Shown: positions 17,213 to 25,519, counted from the first letter of the stretch. The stretch is DNA of 26,675 nt from Vulcanimicrobiaceae bacterium (GCA_046262595.1 JBHEMM010000035.1:1-26675); one strand, 5' to 3'. Numbers and translations: made by a program. Notes: generated by a model from the letters alone, not told the origin.

Positions 17213-18214
17213 GTGCGTCGAGTTCCCGTTCTGCTTTTGCTGTTTGCAAGTCTCGCGCTGGTGGGCGTCGCGCGGCCCACGCCTTCGCCGTCGCCGACAC
17301 CCGCAGCGGCGCCGGCGCCGCCGCGCGCGCTTCCGCTGGTGATCGTCTATCCGTTCGATACCAGTACCGACATCAAGTCGGGAACCGGCCAGAGCGCCGC
17401 ACAGGTATTCATGCAGCAGATGAACGCGGACGGCGGCCTGGACACGATTGAAGGTCCGGCGAACGTCAAGCGTCCCGACTACTTAACACATGCGCGTTCG
17501 GTGAACGCCGCGTACTATGTCGCCGGCTACATGACGCCGCTCGGTAACGGCGTTTCGCTCGTCGAGCAAGTCGTTTCCACGCGCAGCGGAACGATCGTTT
17601 TTGGACAGACGGCGCAGATTGAATCGATTCAAGACGCGACGGCGCAGGCGACGATGCTGCACGACGGCATCACGGCGCGCGAACGTGAGCTGAGCGACGC
17701 CTATACGCAAACGCAAGCGCAAGCGACCTCGACGCCGGCCGCCGGCAACCAGGCCAATATCGGCAAAGGCCTCGCCGGCATCGCTGGCCTTTTCCACCGG
17801 AATAAATCCGCCACGCCGGCGCCGGCCATCGTGAAACCGGCGAAGGGCGTATTCGTCGTGCACGTCGGCGGTTCTCTGCCCTCAGCCGATCTCAGCCGCG
17901 CGAGCGACGCCCTCTACGCCGCGATGAACGAACGCTACAACGTTCGCAAAAGCGCTGCTTCGCCGGCGAACCTTTCGAAGAGCGCCGACGGGATCTGCGG
18001 CACCGACCGCAACAACACGATTGCAAGTGGTACCGCATCGGCGCAAGTGCGCCATCATGGTTTTGGTGCGCGCGCCCAGTATACGTTCGTGCTGGACGTC
18101 TATACGTGCTTTGGCGCCAAACTCGCAGAGGAAACCGCTACAGCGGATTCGCTCGCGCCTGCCGTGCGCAAAGCCGTACAAGCGTACGCGACGGATTACC
18201 CGGGGAACGGTTAG
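17213..18214 (+). CDS. Exported hypothetical protein with TolB-N/CsgG-like alpha/beta domain(s)
   Basis: AAGGA SD 5 nt before GTG 17213. Signal peptide RRVPVLLLLFASLALVG, Pro-rich linker, then VIVYPFD...YYVAGYMTPLGNGVSLVEQVVSTRSGTIV. Confidence 0.7.
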   Translation: MRRVPVLLLLFASLALVGVARPTPSPSPTPAAAPAPPRALPLVIVYPFDTSTDIKSGTGQSAAQVFMQQMNADGGLDTIEGPANVKRPDYLTHARSVNAAYYVAGYMTPLGNGVSLVEQVVSTRSGTIVFGQTAQIESIQDATAQATMLHDGITARERELSDAYTQTQAQATSTPAAGNQANIGKGLAGIAGLFHRNKSATPAPAIVKPAKGVFVVHVGGSLPSADLSRASDALYAAMNERYNVRKSAASPANLSKSADGICGTDRNNTIASGTASAQVRHHGFGARAQYTFVLDVYTCFGAKLAEETATADSLAPAVRKAVQAYATDYPGNG

Positions 18215-18342
18215 TTAAGCGGATCGCTATCGTGCCGCTCATCGTCCGCGGCAGGGCTTGACGGTTCCGGCCTACAGGCCGTGCACGAAAGCAGTCAATA
18301 CTCCGCCGGGCAGCCGCACGGTTTGTCCCGTTCTTCAGCCAT
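18211..18342 (-). CDS. Candidate 43-aa Cys-rich peptide with in-frame TGA (putative selenocysteine)
   Basis: AGGGGT-aaa-ATG at 18342. Translation MAEERDKPCGCPAEY-TGA-LLSCTACRPEPSSPAADDERHDSDPLN-TAA. The final TAA (18213-18211) overlaps the convergent gene's TAG. Confidence 0.45.
18258..18298 (-). promoter_or_regulatory. Candidate bacterial SECIS-like stem-loop
   Basis: Apical stem CGGCC/GGCCG with UGUA loop starting 18 nt after the UGA. Lower stem UUGAC/GUCAA includes the UGA itself. Confidence 0.4.
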
Positions 18343-18473
18343 TTTACCCCTAACGACCGCCTTTCGTAGATCTGCGCCCGGAGCACCGGCGACCATGCGC
18401 ATGTCATCAGCAAAAGCCGACGCTATGACCTGCTTGTTGTCGTTGTTGCCGCTACGGGAGCTTTAGCTCTACA

Positions 18474-18986
18474 TCATTCCTCGTCTGAGAGTAGGCCGGG
18501 CGGCAGCTCGACGACGATCCGTTTCGCCGCGGTGTCGATGGAACGAATGAATGCGGCAACCATGGGAACCAGTCGGCCGTTGACGACGAGCATGTCCGAG
18601 CTCGGAAAATGCTCGACCGCCGTCACGCTGCCTAAAGCATTCTCTGCGCCGTCGTACAACACGCAGCCCGTCAAGTCGCAATCGAGGTACTCGCCGGCAT
18701 CGAGTTCGATGCGCGAACGATCCGCAAAAAGCCGCGCGCCGGCAAGCGCCTGGGCCGCGTCCGCGTCAGCAGCGCCTTGCACGCCGATGAGCAGGCGCCC
18801 TTTGTGCTCGCGCACGGAGGAAAGCGTGATGGCGCGCCGTGCGCCGTCTTTGAACTCGAGATCGAAGTGCGCCCCGGGGATGAAAAGATCGCGACCCGAT
18901 GTGGTCGGGTCGCATTTCAACTCGCCTCGAAGGCCGAAGATGCCGGCGATGCGTCCGACGGGGAAACGTTCACTCGGTTCCTGCGT
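18474..18986 (-). CDS. rimM: Ribosome maturation factor RimM (start uncertain: ACG 18986 or GTG 19046)
   Basis: VGRIAGIFGLRGELK, ELDAGEYLDCDLTGC, LVPMVAAFIRSID...IVVELPPGLL. Follows rpsP-khpA. Confidence 0.92.
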   Translation of the reverse strand, partial: TQEPSERFPVGRIAGIFGLRGELKCDPTTSGRDLFIPGAHFDLEFKDGARRAITLSSVREHKGRLLIGVQGAADADAAQALAGARLFADRSRIELDAGEYLDCDLTGCVLYDGAENALGSVTAVEHFPSSDMLVVNGRLVPMVAAFIRSIDTAAKRIVVELPPGLLSDEE

Positions 18987-19515
18987 CGCCTTGCTCCTGG
19001 CCGCCTGGTTCTTCTTCCAGTTCGCTCGTGTCGAAAATTTCCACACCGACTTTGCCCTCGGCCGTCGCGCGGATGATCGTGCGCAGCGCTTGTGCTACGC
19101 GTCCGCTGCGGCCGATCACTTTGCCGACATCATCGGGATCAACGATCAGCTCGATCGAGGCTTGCTCGCCGTTTTCGGGTGGGAAGTTATCGACGATCAC
19201 CTCGCCGGGCTTGTCCACGAGCTTCTTGGCCAGAAACTCAAGCAGCCGCGCGGCGCGTTCGCGCGACGCAACGGGATCCGCAGGTTCGCGGTTTTTGCTG
19301 ACGCGCTCGAAGCGACCGCCGGCGAATTTGCGGCCGCCTTGCCCGGCGGGCGCTCCGCCGCCGCTTGAACGGCGCCGCGGCGCGTCGTCCTCCGGTTCAA
19401 CATCGTCGGCGATCGATTCGCTCGAAGCGATCTTGCGCGCGCCCAGCGTCGAGTGCCGCTCGGCTTCTTCGCCTTCTTCGTTGAAGAGCCCGAACTCGTC
19501 ATCGAAGGCGCTCAT
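18970..19515 (-). CDS. khpA: KhpA/YlqC-type KH-domain RNA-binding protein with long N-terminal extension
   Basis: LLEFLAKKLVDKP...VDPDDVGKVIGRSGRVAQALRTII (GxxG loop). Lies between rpsP and rimM. Confidence 0.88.
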   Translation of the reverse strand: MSAFDDEFGLFNEEGEEAERHSTLGARKIASSESIADDVEPEDDAPRRRSSGGGAPAGQGGRKFAGGRFERVSKNREPADPVASRERAARLLEFLAKKLVDKPGEVIVDNFPPENGEQASIELIVDPDDVGKVIGRSGRVAQALRTIIRATAEGKVGVEIFDTSELEEEPGGQEQGDAGTE

Positions 19516-19811
19516 TAGCCTTCGCCTTTTTCGCTCTTGGGTTTGCGTTTCGTCTCGGGAATGAACCCGCGGTCCATGATGCCTTTTTCAGCGAAGAGCC
19601 GGCGCACGGTATCGGAAGGCTGAGCGCCTTTGGCGAGCCATGCTTTGGCTTTCTCCTCGTTCACCACGACTTCGCGCGGTTCGACGCGCGGATTGTAATG
19701 TCCGAGAATTTCGATGAAGCGGCCGTCGCGCGGCGAGCGCGCGTCCGCAACGACGAAACGGTAGGTGGGCTGCTTTTTGGCGCCCATGCGGCGCAGTCTG
19801 ATTTTAACCAT
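19515..19811 (-). CDS. rpsP: 30S ribosomal protein S16
   Basis: [41 protein letters not shown]...GAQPSDTV. Confidence 0.98.
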   Translation of the reverse strand: MVKIRLRRMGAKKQPTYRFVVADARSPRDGRFIEILGHYNPRVEPREVVVNEEKAKAWLAKGAQPSDTVRRLFAEKGIMDRGFIPETKRKPKSEKGEG

Positions 19812-19812
19812 G

Positions 19813-21150
19813 TTACTTCCGTAAGGAGGGGATGAGTGGAAATCTTGGGCGTTTCTTTCCGCCGGCGAAGCCCATTTGCTTCATCATCTTGCGCGCCTCT
19901 TCGAAGCGTTTGACCAGGCGGTTGACGTCGGACACCTGCGTGCCGCTGCCGTGCGCGATGCGCTTGCGGCGCGAGCCGTTGAGAACGTCCGGATGTTGGC
20001 GTTCGCGTTTCGTCATCGAGCAGATGATGGCTTCGATGCGTTTGAGATCCGATTCCGGGATCTCGAAATCTTTGGGCAGCGCGCGGGAGATGCCGGGAAT
20101 CATCTTCATGATGTCGGTCATCGATCCCATCTTGCGGACCTGACGCATTTGATCGAGGAAATCGTCCAGCGTGAACTGCTGCTTGAGCAGTTTTTCCTCG
20201 AGATCTTTTGCTTGATCGGCGCTGTAGACGCTCTGCGTGCGCTCGATGAGCGTGAGTACGTCTCCCATGCCCAAAATGCGCGAGGCCAAGCGGTCCGGAT
20301 AAAACGGTTCGATCGCTGTGAGTTTTTCACCCACGCCGACGAATTTGACCGGTGCGCCGGTAACCTTGTGGATGGAAAGCGCCGCGCCGCCGCGGGTATC
20401 GCCGTCCATTTTCGTGAGAATGACGCCGGTGATGCCGAGACGATCGTGAAAGCCTTTGGCGACGTTCGTTGCTTCCTGCCCGGTCATCGCGTCGGCGACC
20501 AAGAGAATTTCTTTGGGCGTCACGGCGCTCTTGAGGCGCTCGAGTTCCTGCATCAGTTCGTCGTCGATCTGCAAGCGTCCGGCCGTGTCGATGATGACGG
20601 TGGAAAGTCCCAGACGCTTGGCTTCGGCGACGGCGTCGCGCGCTATCTTGACGGCGTCCGTCTGGCCTTCTTCAAAGACGGGCACGTCGATCTGCTTGCC
20701 CAGCATCTGCAGCTGCGCGATCGCCGCCGGACGGTAAATATCCGCAGCGGCGAGCAGCGAGCGCCGCCCTTGCTCTTTCAAACGCAGCGCAAGTTTGCCG
20801 GCGTGCGTCGTTTTTCCGGAACCCTGCAAACCCACGAGCATGATGACGGACGGCGGCGCATCGGAAAACTGTAGGCGCGCCTCGGCGCCGCCGAGCAACT
20901 GCACGAGCTCGTCGTGCACGATCTTGACAATCGTCTGCGCCGGGGAAAGCGAAGCCATCACATCGGCGCCGATCGCTTTTTCCTTGACGTTGGCGACGAA
21001 CTCTTTTGCCGCGGCAAGCGAAACGTCGGCCTCAAGCAGAGCGATGCGTACTTCGCGCATCACTTCGCCGACCTGCGTTTCGCTTAAGCGGCCACGGCCG
21101 GTGATGCCGGCGAAAATCGCCTGCAGCCGGTCGCTGAGTTGTTCGAGCAA
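19813..21150 (-). CDS. ffh: Signal recognition particle protein Ffh
   Basis: [38 protein letters not shown], Met-rich M domain with [14 protein letters not shown] start. Confidence 0.98.
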   Translation of the reverse strand: MLEQLSDRLQAIFAGITGRGRLSETQVGEVMREVRIALLEADVSLAAAKEFVANVKEKAIGADVMASLSPAQTIVKIVHDELVQLLGGAEARLQFSDAPPSVIMLVGLQGSGKTTHAGKLALRLKEQGRRSLLAAADIYRPAAIAQLQMLGKQIDVPVFEEGQTDAVKIARDAVAEAKRLGLSTVIIDTAGRLQIDDELMQELERLKSAVTPKEILLVADAMTGQEATNVAKGFHDRLGITGVILTKMDGDTRGGAALSIHKVTGAPVKFVGVGEKLTAIEPFYPDRLASRILGMGDVLTLIERTQSVYSADQAKDLEEKLLKQQFTLDDFLDQMRQVRKMGSMTDIMKMIPGISRALPKDFEIPESDLKRIEAIICSMTKRERQHPDVLNGSRRKRIAHGSGTQVSDVNRLVKRFEEARKMMKQMGFAGGKKRPRFPLIPSLRK

Positions 21151-21153
21151 CGT

Positions 21154-21396
21154 TTACTCTTTTGCGGTGGCGTCTTCGACGCGTTTGACGGCGTCGCCGA
21201 CGGTTTTGATCTTCTCTGCTTCTTCGTCCGGAATGTCGATGTTGAATTCCGTTTCGAAAGCCATCACCAGCTCGACCTGATCGAGCGAATCCGCGCCCAA
21301 GTCGTCGGTGATCGACGCTTCGGGAGTCACTTCGGACTCGTCGACGCCGAGCTGCTCGACGATGATTTTCTTGACTTTATCGAACGTGGTGGACAT
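21154..21396 (-). CDS. acpP: Acyl carrier protein
   Basis: [17 protein letters not shown] (phosphopantetheine Ser). Strong TAAGGAG SD. Confidence 0.98.
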   Translation of the reverse strand: MSTTFDKVKKIIVEQLGVDESEVTPEASITDDLGADSLDQVELVMAFETEFNIDIPDEEAEKIKTVGDAVKRVEDATAKE

Positions 21397-21415
21397 ACGT
21401 CTCCTTATTACTGGC

Positions 21416-22159
21416 TTACATCAAAACGCCGCCGTCCACCACTAAGGTTTGTCCCGTGATGAACTGGGCAGCTTCCGAACAAAGAAAAGTCACTGCTCCG
21501 CTTACGTCTTCCGGTTTTCCCGCGCGTCCCAGGGCCGTTTGAGCGAGCAGATATTGGCGCGCCTGCTCCGGCATTTTCTGGGTCATTGCGGTTTCGATCA
21601 AGCCCGGGGCGACGGCGTTGACTCTTATGTTCCGTGACCCCAATTCCTTCGCTAAGGACTTGGTCAGACCGAGCAGGCCGGCTTTGGATGCGGCGTATGC
21701 CGCTTGACCCGCGTTGCCCATCAGACCGACGATGCTGGACATGAGGACAATGGAGCCCGCACGCTGCTTCATCATCGGCTTTGCGACGGCGCCGCATAGG
21801 TAAAAAGCCGATTTCAGATTTACCGAGAGCATTCGATCGATGACATCGGGTTTGAGACGAAGCAGCAGCGCGTCCACCGATTGCCCGGCGTTGGCAACCG
21901 CGAAGTCCAGGCGGCCGAATGCGGCCATCGTCTGCGCAACAAAGTCTTCGACTGCGGGTTGATCGCTCACATCGCCGGTGACGATCAGATGGCGGACGCC
22001 CGCACGCGCGGCAAGCACTGCGGCAACCGTTTCTTCGAGCGCCGCCGCATCACGGCCGGCGAGCACGACATCTGCGCCGTTGCGCGCAAGATCGACCGCA
22101 ATCGCGCGTCCGATGCCGCGGCTCGCGCCGGTGATTAGTGCCGCTTTGCCCTCAAACAC
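21416..22159 (-). CDS. fabG: 3-oxoacyl-ACP reductase
   Basis: [23 protein letters not shown] (YxxxK), VNAVAPG. GTG start at 22159 overlaps the fabD end. Confidence 0.95.
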   Translation of the reverse strand: MFEGKAALITGASRGIGRAIAVDLARNGADVVLAGRDAAALEETVAAVLAARAGVRHLIVTGDVSDQPAVEDFVAQTMAAFGRLDFAVANAGQSVDALLLRLKPDVIDRMLSVNLKSAFYLCGAVAKPMMKQRAGSIVLMSSIVGLMGNAGQAAYAASKAGLLGLTKSLAKELGSRNIRVNAVAPGLIETAMTQKMPEQARQYLLAQTALGRAGKPEDVSGAVTFLCSEAAQFITGQTLVVDGGVLM

Positions 22160-23084
22160 GGCTCGTCTGCAATTTCCGGATGCCGGCATAGTCGCTGATG
22201 TTCATCACCGCGGGGGCGTCGGGCAAGCGTTTCATCAACGGTCCGAGCACCGCAGAGGCGCCAAATTCGATAACCAGTTCGAGATCGTAGTGCAGCAGCG
22301 CAAGCGCCGTGTCGTGCCAGCGCACTTCGTCGACGATCGATCGAACCAGGTTCTTGCGGATCGCTGCAACATCGCGGTACGGCTGCGCGTCCAAGTTGGA
22401 GATAACGTCGAACTGCGGCACCTCGAACGGCGCGGCGTTCACCGCCGCAGCGAAACGCTCTACCGCAGGCTGCATGAGGGCGCTGTGCCATGCGCCCGAA
22501 ACGTTTAAGGGAACCACGCGCTTCGCGCCGCCCTCCAACAGTGCTTCACCGGCATGCTGTACCGCATGCAGGTCGCCGCTGATGACGATCTGGGCGGGCG
22601 AATTGAAGTTCGCCAATTGAATGCGCCCGCCGTTCTGCTCGCGCGTGCGCGCGACGATATCTCGAATGCGGCCCGCATCCAGGCCGAGCACGGCGCTCAT
22701 TCCGCCGGCAGCCTGCTCCGCCGCCGCCTGCATCGCTTTTCCGCGTTCGTCCACGATCCGCAGCGCTTCTTCGAATGTGAGCGCACCGGCAATGGTCAAG
22801 CTGCAAATTTCGCCGAACGAATGCCCCGCACTCACGACCGGCTTTACGGCGTCGCCCGCGGCGTAGTAGATCGCAAGATTGGTCGTAAAGATTGCCGGCT
22901 GGCTGTACTGCGTCTCACGCAGCTTCTCTTCGGGGCCGTTCTCCTGCAGCGCGAGCAGATCGTAGCCAAGCACGTGCTGCGCGCGCTCGAAGACGCGGCG
23001 CGCTTGCGGTGCGTTGGCGGCGACGTCCGCGCCCATCCCGATGGCTTGCGAACCTTGGCCGGGAAATATCGCGGCTTGACGCAC
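22152..23084 (-). CDS. fabD: Malonyl-CoA:ACP transacylase
   Basis: FPGQGSQ, QPAI, GHSFGE, ANFNSPAQIVISG, VSGAWHS. GTG 23084 overlaps the fabH TAG. Confidence 0.96.
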   Translation of the reverse strand: MRQAAIFPGQGSQAIGMGADVAANAPQARRVFERAQHVLGYDLLALQENGPEEKLRETQYSQPAIFTTNLAIYYAAGDAVKPVVSAGHSFGEICSLTIAGALTFEEALRIVDERGKAMQAAAEQAAGGMSAVLGLDAGRIRDIVARTREQNGGRIQLANFNSPAQIVISGDLHAVQHAGEALLEGGAKRVVPLNVSGAWHSALMQPAVERFAAAVNAAPFEVPQFDVISNLDAQPYRDVAAIRKNLVRSIVDEVRWHDTALALLHYDLELVIEFGASAVLGPLMKRLPDAPAVMNISDYAGIRKLQTSRV

Positions 23085-24073
23085 TACGTCATCCACTTCC
23101 AGCACACCGCGCCCCACGAGAGGCCTCCGCCGAAGCCGACGAACACGAGCACGTCGCCGTTTTTTATCTTGCCCGAATCCACCGCTTCCGAAAGCGCCAT
23201 TGGAATCGAAGCCGCCGACGTGTTGCCGTATTCTTCGATATTGACGATGACTTTTTCTTCGGGCATATCCAAGTACTTAGCGGCCGCCATGATGATCCGG
23301 CGGTTGGCCTGATGCGGGATAAGCCAATCGAGATCGGATTTTTCCAAGTGCGCTTTCTCGAGCGCGACGTCGGTGGCTTCGATCATCTTGGTGACGGCGA
23401 ACTTGAAGACTTCCTTGCCTTCCATGCGCAGAAAATGCGCTCCGGCTTCAATCGCATCGGGCGTATGCGGCGTACGCGACCCGCCGCCGGGAATGTACAA
23501 CAACTCCGGGCGGCTCCCGTCCGAACCCAGTTCGCTGGAGAGAAAACAATCGTCCGCGCTTTGCTCGAGGATGACGGCGCCCGCGCCGTCGCCGAACAGC
23601 ACGGCGGTGGAACGGTCGGTGCGGTCCGCAATGCGCGTGAGCACCTCGGCGCCAATGAGCATGATCCGTTTATAAACGCCCGCGCGTACCATGCTTGAGG
23701 CGATGGTGAGCCCGTAGATGAAACCGCTGCAAGCGATCTCGATGTCAAACGCCGGCTTGTCCGCAGCGCCCAGTTTTGAGGCAACGATACACGCGGTAGC
23801 GGGAAACGGATAATCGGGCGTGGCGGTTGCCACGATGTAGCAGTCGATGTCGGCGGGCTTCAGCGAGGTTTTGGAGAGCGCGCTTTTTGCGGCGGCAATG
23901 GCAAGATCGCTCGCGGCCTCCTCGGGCGCTGCGACATGGCGCCGCTTCATCCCGGTGCGCGTGCTGATCCACTCATCCGTGGTGTCCAGAACTTTTTCGA
24001 GATCCTGGTTCGTCAAAATAGCCGCGGGCGCATAATGCCCGGCGGCGGCGATTCTGACGCCGCTCTGGCTCAA
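23084..24073 (-). CDS. fabH: 3-oxoacyl-ACP synthase III
   Basis: IACSGF (Cys), LFGDGAGA, IPHQANRRI (His), GNTSAASIP (Asn), GFGGGLSWG. Confidence 0.97.
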   Translation of the reverse strand: MSQSGVRIAAAGHYAPAAILTNQDLEKVLDTTDEWISTRTGMKRRHVAAPEEAASDLAIAAAKSALSKTSLKPADIDCYIVATATPDYPFPATACIVASKLGAADKPAFDIEIACSGFIYGLTIASSMVRAGVYKRIMLIGAEVLTRIADRTDRSTAVLFGDGAGAVILEQSADDCFLSSELGSDGSRPELLYIPGGGSRTPHTPDAIEAGAHFLRMEGKEVFKFAVTKMIEATDVALEKAHLEKSDLDWLIPHQANRRIIMAAAKYLDMPEEKVIVNIEEYGNTSAASIPMALSEAVDSGKIKNGDVLVFVGFGGGLSWGAVCWKWMT

Positions 24074-24076
24074 CGC

Positions 24077-24283
24077 TTAGCCGTGCGAATGTCCAGCATG
24101 ATCGTCTTTCACGTCGATCACTTGGCGCCCGGCGTACGTTCCGCAGTGCTCGCACGCGAAATGCGGACGCTTAGCGGCGTGGCATTGCGGGCATTCAACC
24201 GTGGTGACGGGATTGAGTTTCCAATTCGCGGCGCGACGGCTGCGCGTCTTGCTGCGCGGAGTTTTCCATTTTAAGTTGGCCAC
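24077..24283 (-). CDS. rpmF: 50S ribosomal protein L32 (zinc-ribbon type)
   Basis: K/R-rich N-terminus KTPRSKTRSRRA, CPQC...PHFACEHCGTY. Directly downstream of yceD. Confidence 0.95.
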   Translation of the reverse strand: MANLKWKTPRSKTRSRRAANWKLNPVTTVECPQCHAAKRPHFACEHCGTYAGRQVIDVKDDHAGHSHG

Positions 24284-24753
24284 TAGTTTTCTCCATTATC
24301 CGGGCATGCGCACGCGCCGGTGTTTTTGTTCTCGCCGCAATGCGGGCAAATGCCCTTGCAGTTTTCCGCACACGTGAGCGTGAGCGGAATGGCGCTGCAG
24401 ACGAGCTGCGTTGCCAAATCGCGTACGTCCAAACGATCGCCCGTCAGAACGTTGCTCGGTCCGAACGGATCCGCTTGCGCATCCGGCCCGGCATCGAGCT
24501 GTTCGTCGACTTCCAGTTCCATCGTGCGCTCGAGCCCTCCCAGGCACCGGTCGCACTCGCTCTCGTACTTCGCTTCGATGGTGCCGCTTATTTCCAGCAC
24601 CTCGCCCGAAGCACACACGTTCAAATGAACCCGCGCCGGCTGCGGAAAGCGTACGCCTTCAAACGGCTCGAGTTCAACCTGCTGGTCCAGCGCAAGCTGC
24701 TGGCGGCCGCCCGCCAGCAACCCACCGATATCCACTTTATATGAAGAAGCCAT
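24283..24753 (-). CDS. yceD: YceD/DUF177 family protein
   Basis: ECDRCL and CAENCKGICPHCGENKN..C.C motifs. Conserved position upstream of rpmF. Confidence 0.92.
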   Translation of the reverse strand: MASSYKVDIGGLLAGGRQQLALDQQVELEPFEGVRFPQPARVHLNVCASGEVLEISGTIEAKYESECDRCLGGLERTMELEVDEQLDAGPDAQADPFGPSNVLTGDRLDVRDLATQLVCSAIPLTLTCAENCKGICPHCGENKNTGACACPDNGEN

Positions 24754-24800
24754 AACATAGACGAAGGCCGCCCGGCGATGGGGGCCTTCTGAACTGAGAC

Positions 24801-24829
24801 ATTGTAGAACCCCGGCGACGCCTTGTCAA
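24801..24829 (-). promoter_or_regulatory. Sigma70-type promoter of the yceD...rimM operon
   Basis: Minus strand TTGACA (24829-24824), 17-nt spacer, TACAAT (24806-24801). Confidence 0.85.
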
Positions 24830-24859
24830 ACGCGCGCGCCGTCGCGATGGACGGGCACG

Positions 24860-25519
24860 ATGAGCACATTCTTAGCCGGGGTCGCGTTTGCGCCCCAAAT
24901 TACGGCCGCGGCCCGGGCTCACGGGCTCGATCCGCGCCTACTCGCCGCCGTTGCCGCCCAAGAAACGGGCGGACCGGGCCGCGACTCCGGCCGCAATACG
25001 GTCGGCGACGGAGGCCACGGCCGCGGACTATTCCAGATCGACGACCGGTTCCACGATTTCGCCCGTAGCGCCGCCGCCATGAATCCTACGGACAATGCGG
25101 AGTATGCGGCCGGGATGCTATCCGGCCTGCTGCGCCGGTACGGCGGCAACGTGCACGAGGCGCTCTCCGCCTATAACGCCGGAGATCCTCATGCAAGCGG
25201 CTCCGTGACGCGATGGCAGGATGGCAAGTGCCTGGGCTACGCGGATTCCGTGCTGCGGCATTACGCCGACTTGGGCGGCCCATCGGGGTCGCTCTCCGAC
25301 GAGCTGCAAGCGGAGGCTCCGTCGGCTTCGGCGGCGCTTAATGCGCTGATGCAGATGGCCGGGCAGAGCTCGCCTGCGCCGGTTGGCGCGATACCGGACG
25401 TCCGCTCATGGCGCTCGATGGCCGGCGTCGGCGCGAATGGGGCGAGCGACGCGGCGAGCGGCCTGGACGGCCTAGTGGATCCACTCGCCGGTCGTGATAG
25501 CGATGCGAACACCGTCTGA
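24860..25519 (+). CDS. GH23 lytic transglycosylase / g-type-lysozyme-like muramidase with low-complexity C-terminal tail
   Basis: LDPRLLAAVAAQET (catalytic Glu), GDGGHGRGLFQIDDRFH, NPTDN, ALSAYNAG, YADSV. No Sec signal peptide. The last ~80 aa are Ala/Ser/Gly-rich. Confidence 0.88.
   Translation: MSTFLAGVAFAPQITAAARAHGLDPRLLAAVAAQETGGPGRDSGRNTVGDGGHGRGLFQIDDRFHDFARSAAAMNPTDNAEYAAGMLSGLLRRYGGNVHEALSAYNAGDPHASGSVTRWQDGKCLGYADSVLRHYADLGGPSGSLSDELQAEAPSASAALNALMQMAGQSSPAPVGAIPDVRSWRSMAGVGANGASDAASGLDGLVDPLAGRDSDANTV

Noticed and set aside
18405..18452. Minus-strand GNNDNKQVIASAFA resembling a tmRNA tag peptide
   Set aside because: No stop after the Ala-rich end and no tRNA-like acceptor or T-arm termini nearby.
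18215..18473. SRP RNA (ffs) expected near ffh
   Set aside because: The conserved helix-8 motif with its GGAA tetraloop (CAGG..GGAA..AGCAG) was not found on either strand.
7584..23698. Long alternative-frame or antisense ORFs (e.g. 7584-8519, 9061-10305, 11513-12670, 13257-14363, 19876-20874, 22892-23698)
   Set aside because: All overlie well-supported genes, have R/A/G-biased composition and show no motifs. They are expected in high-GC DNA.
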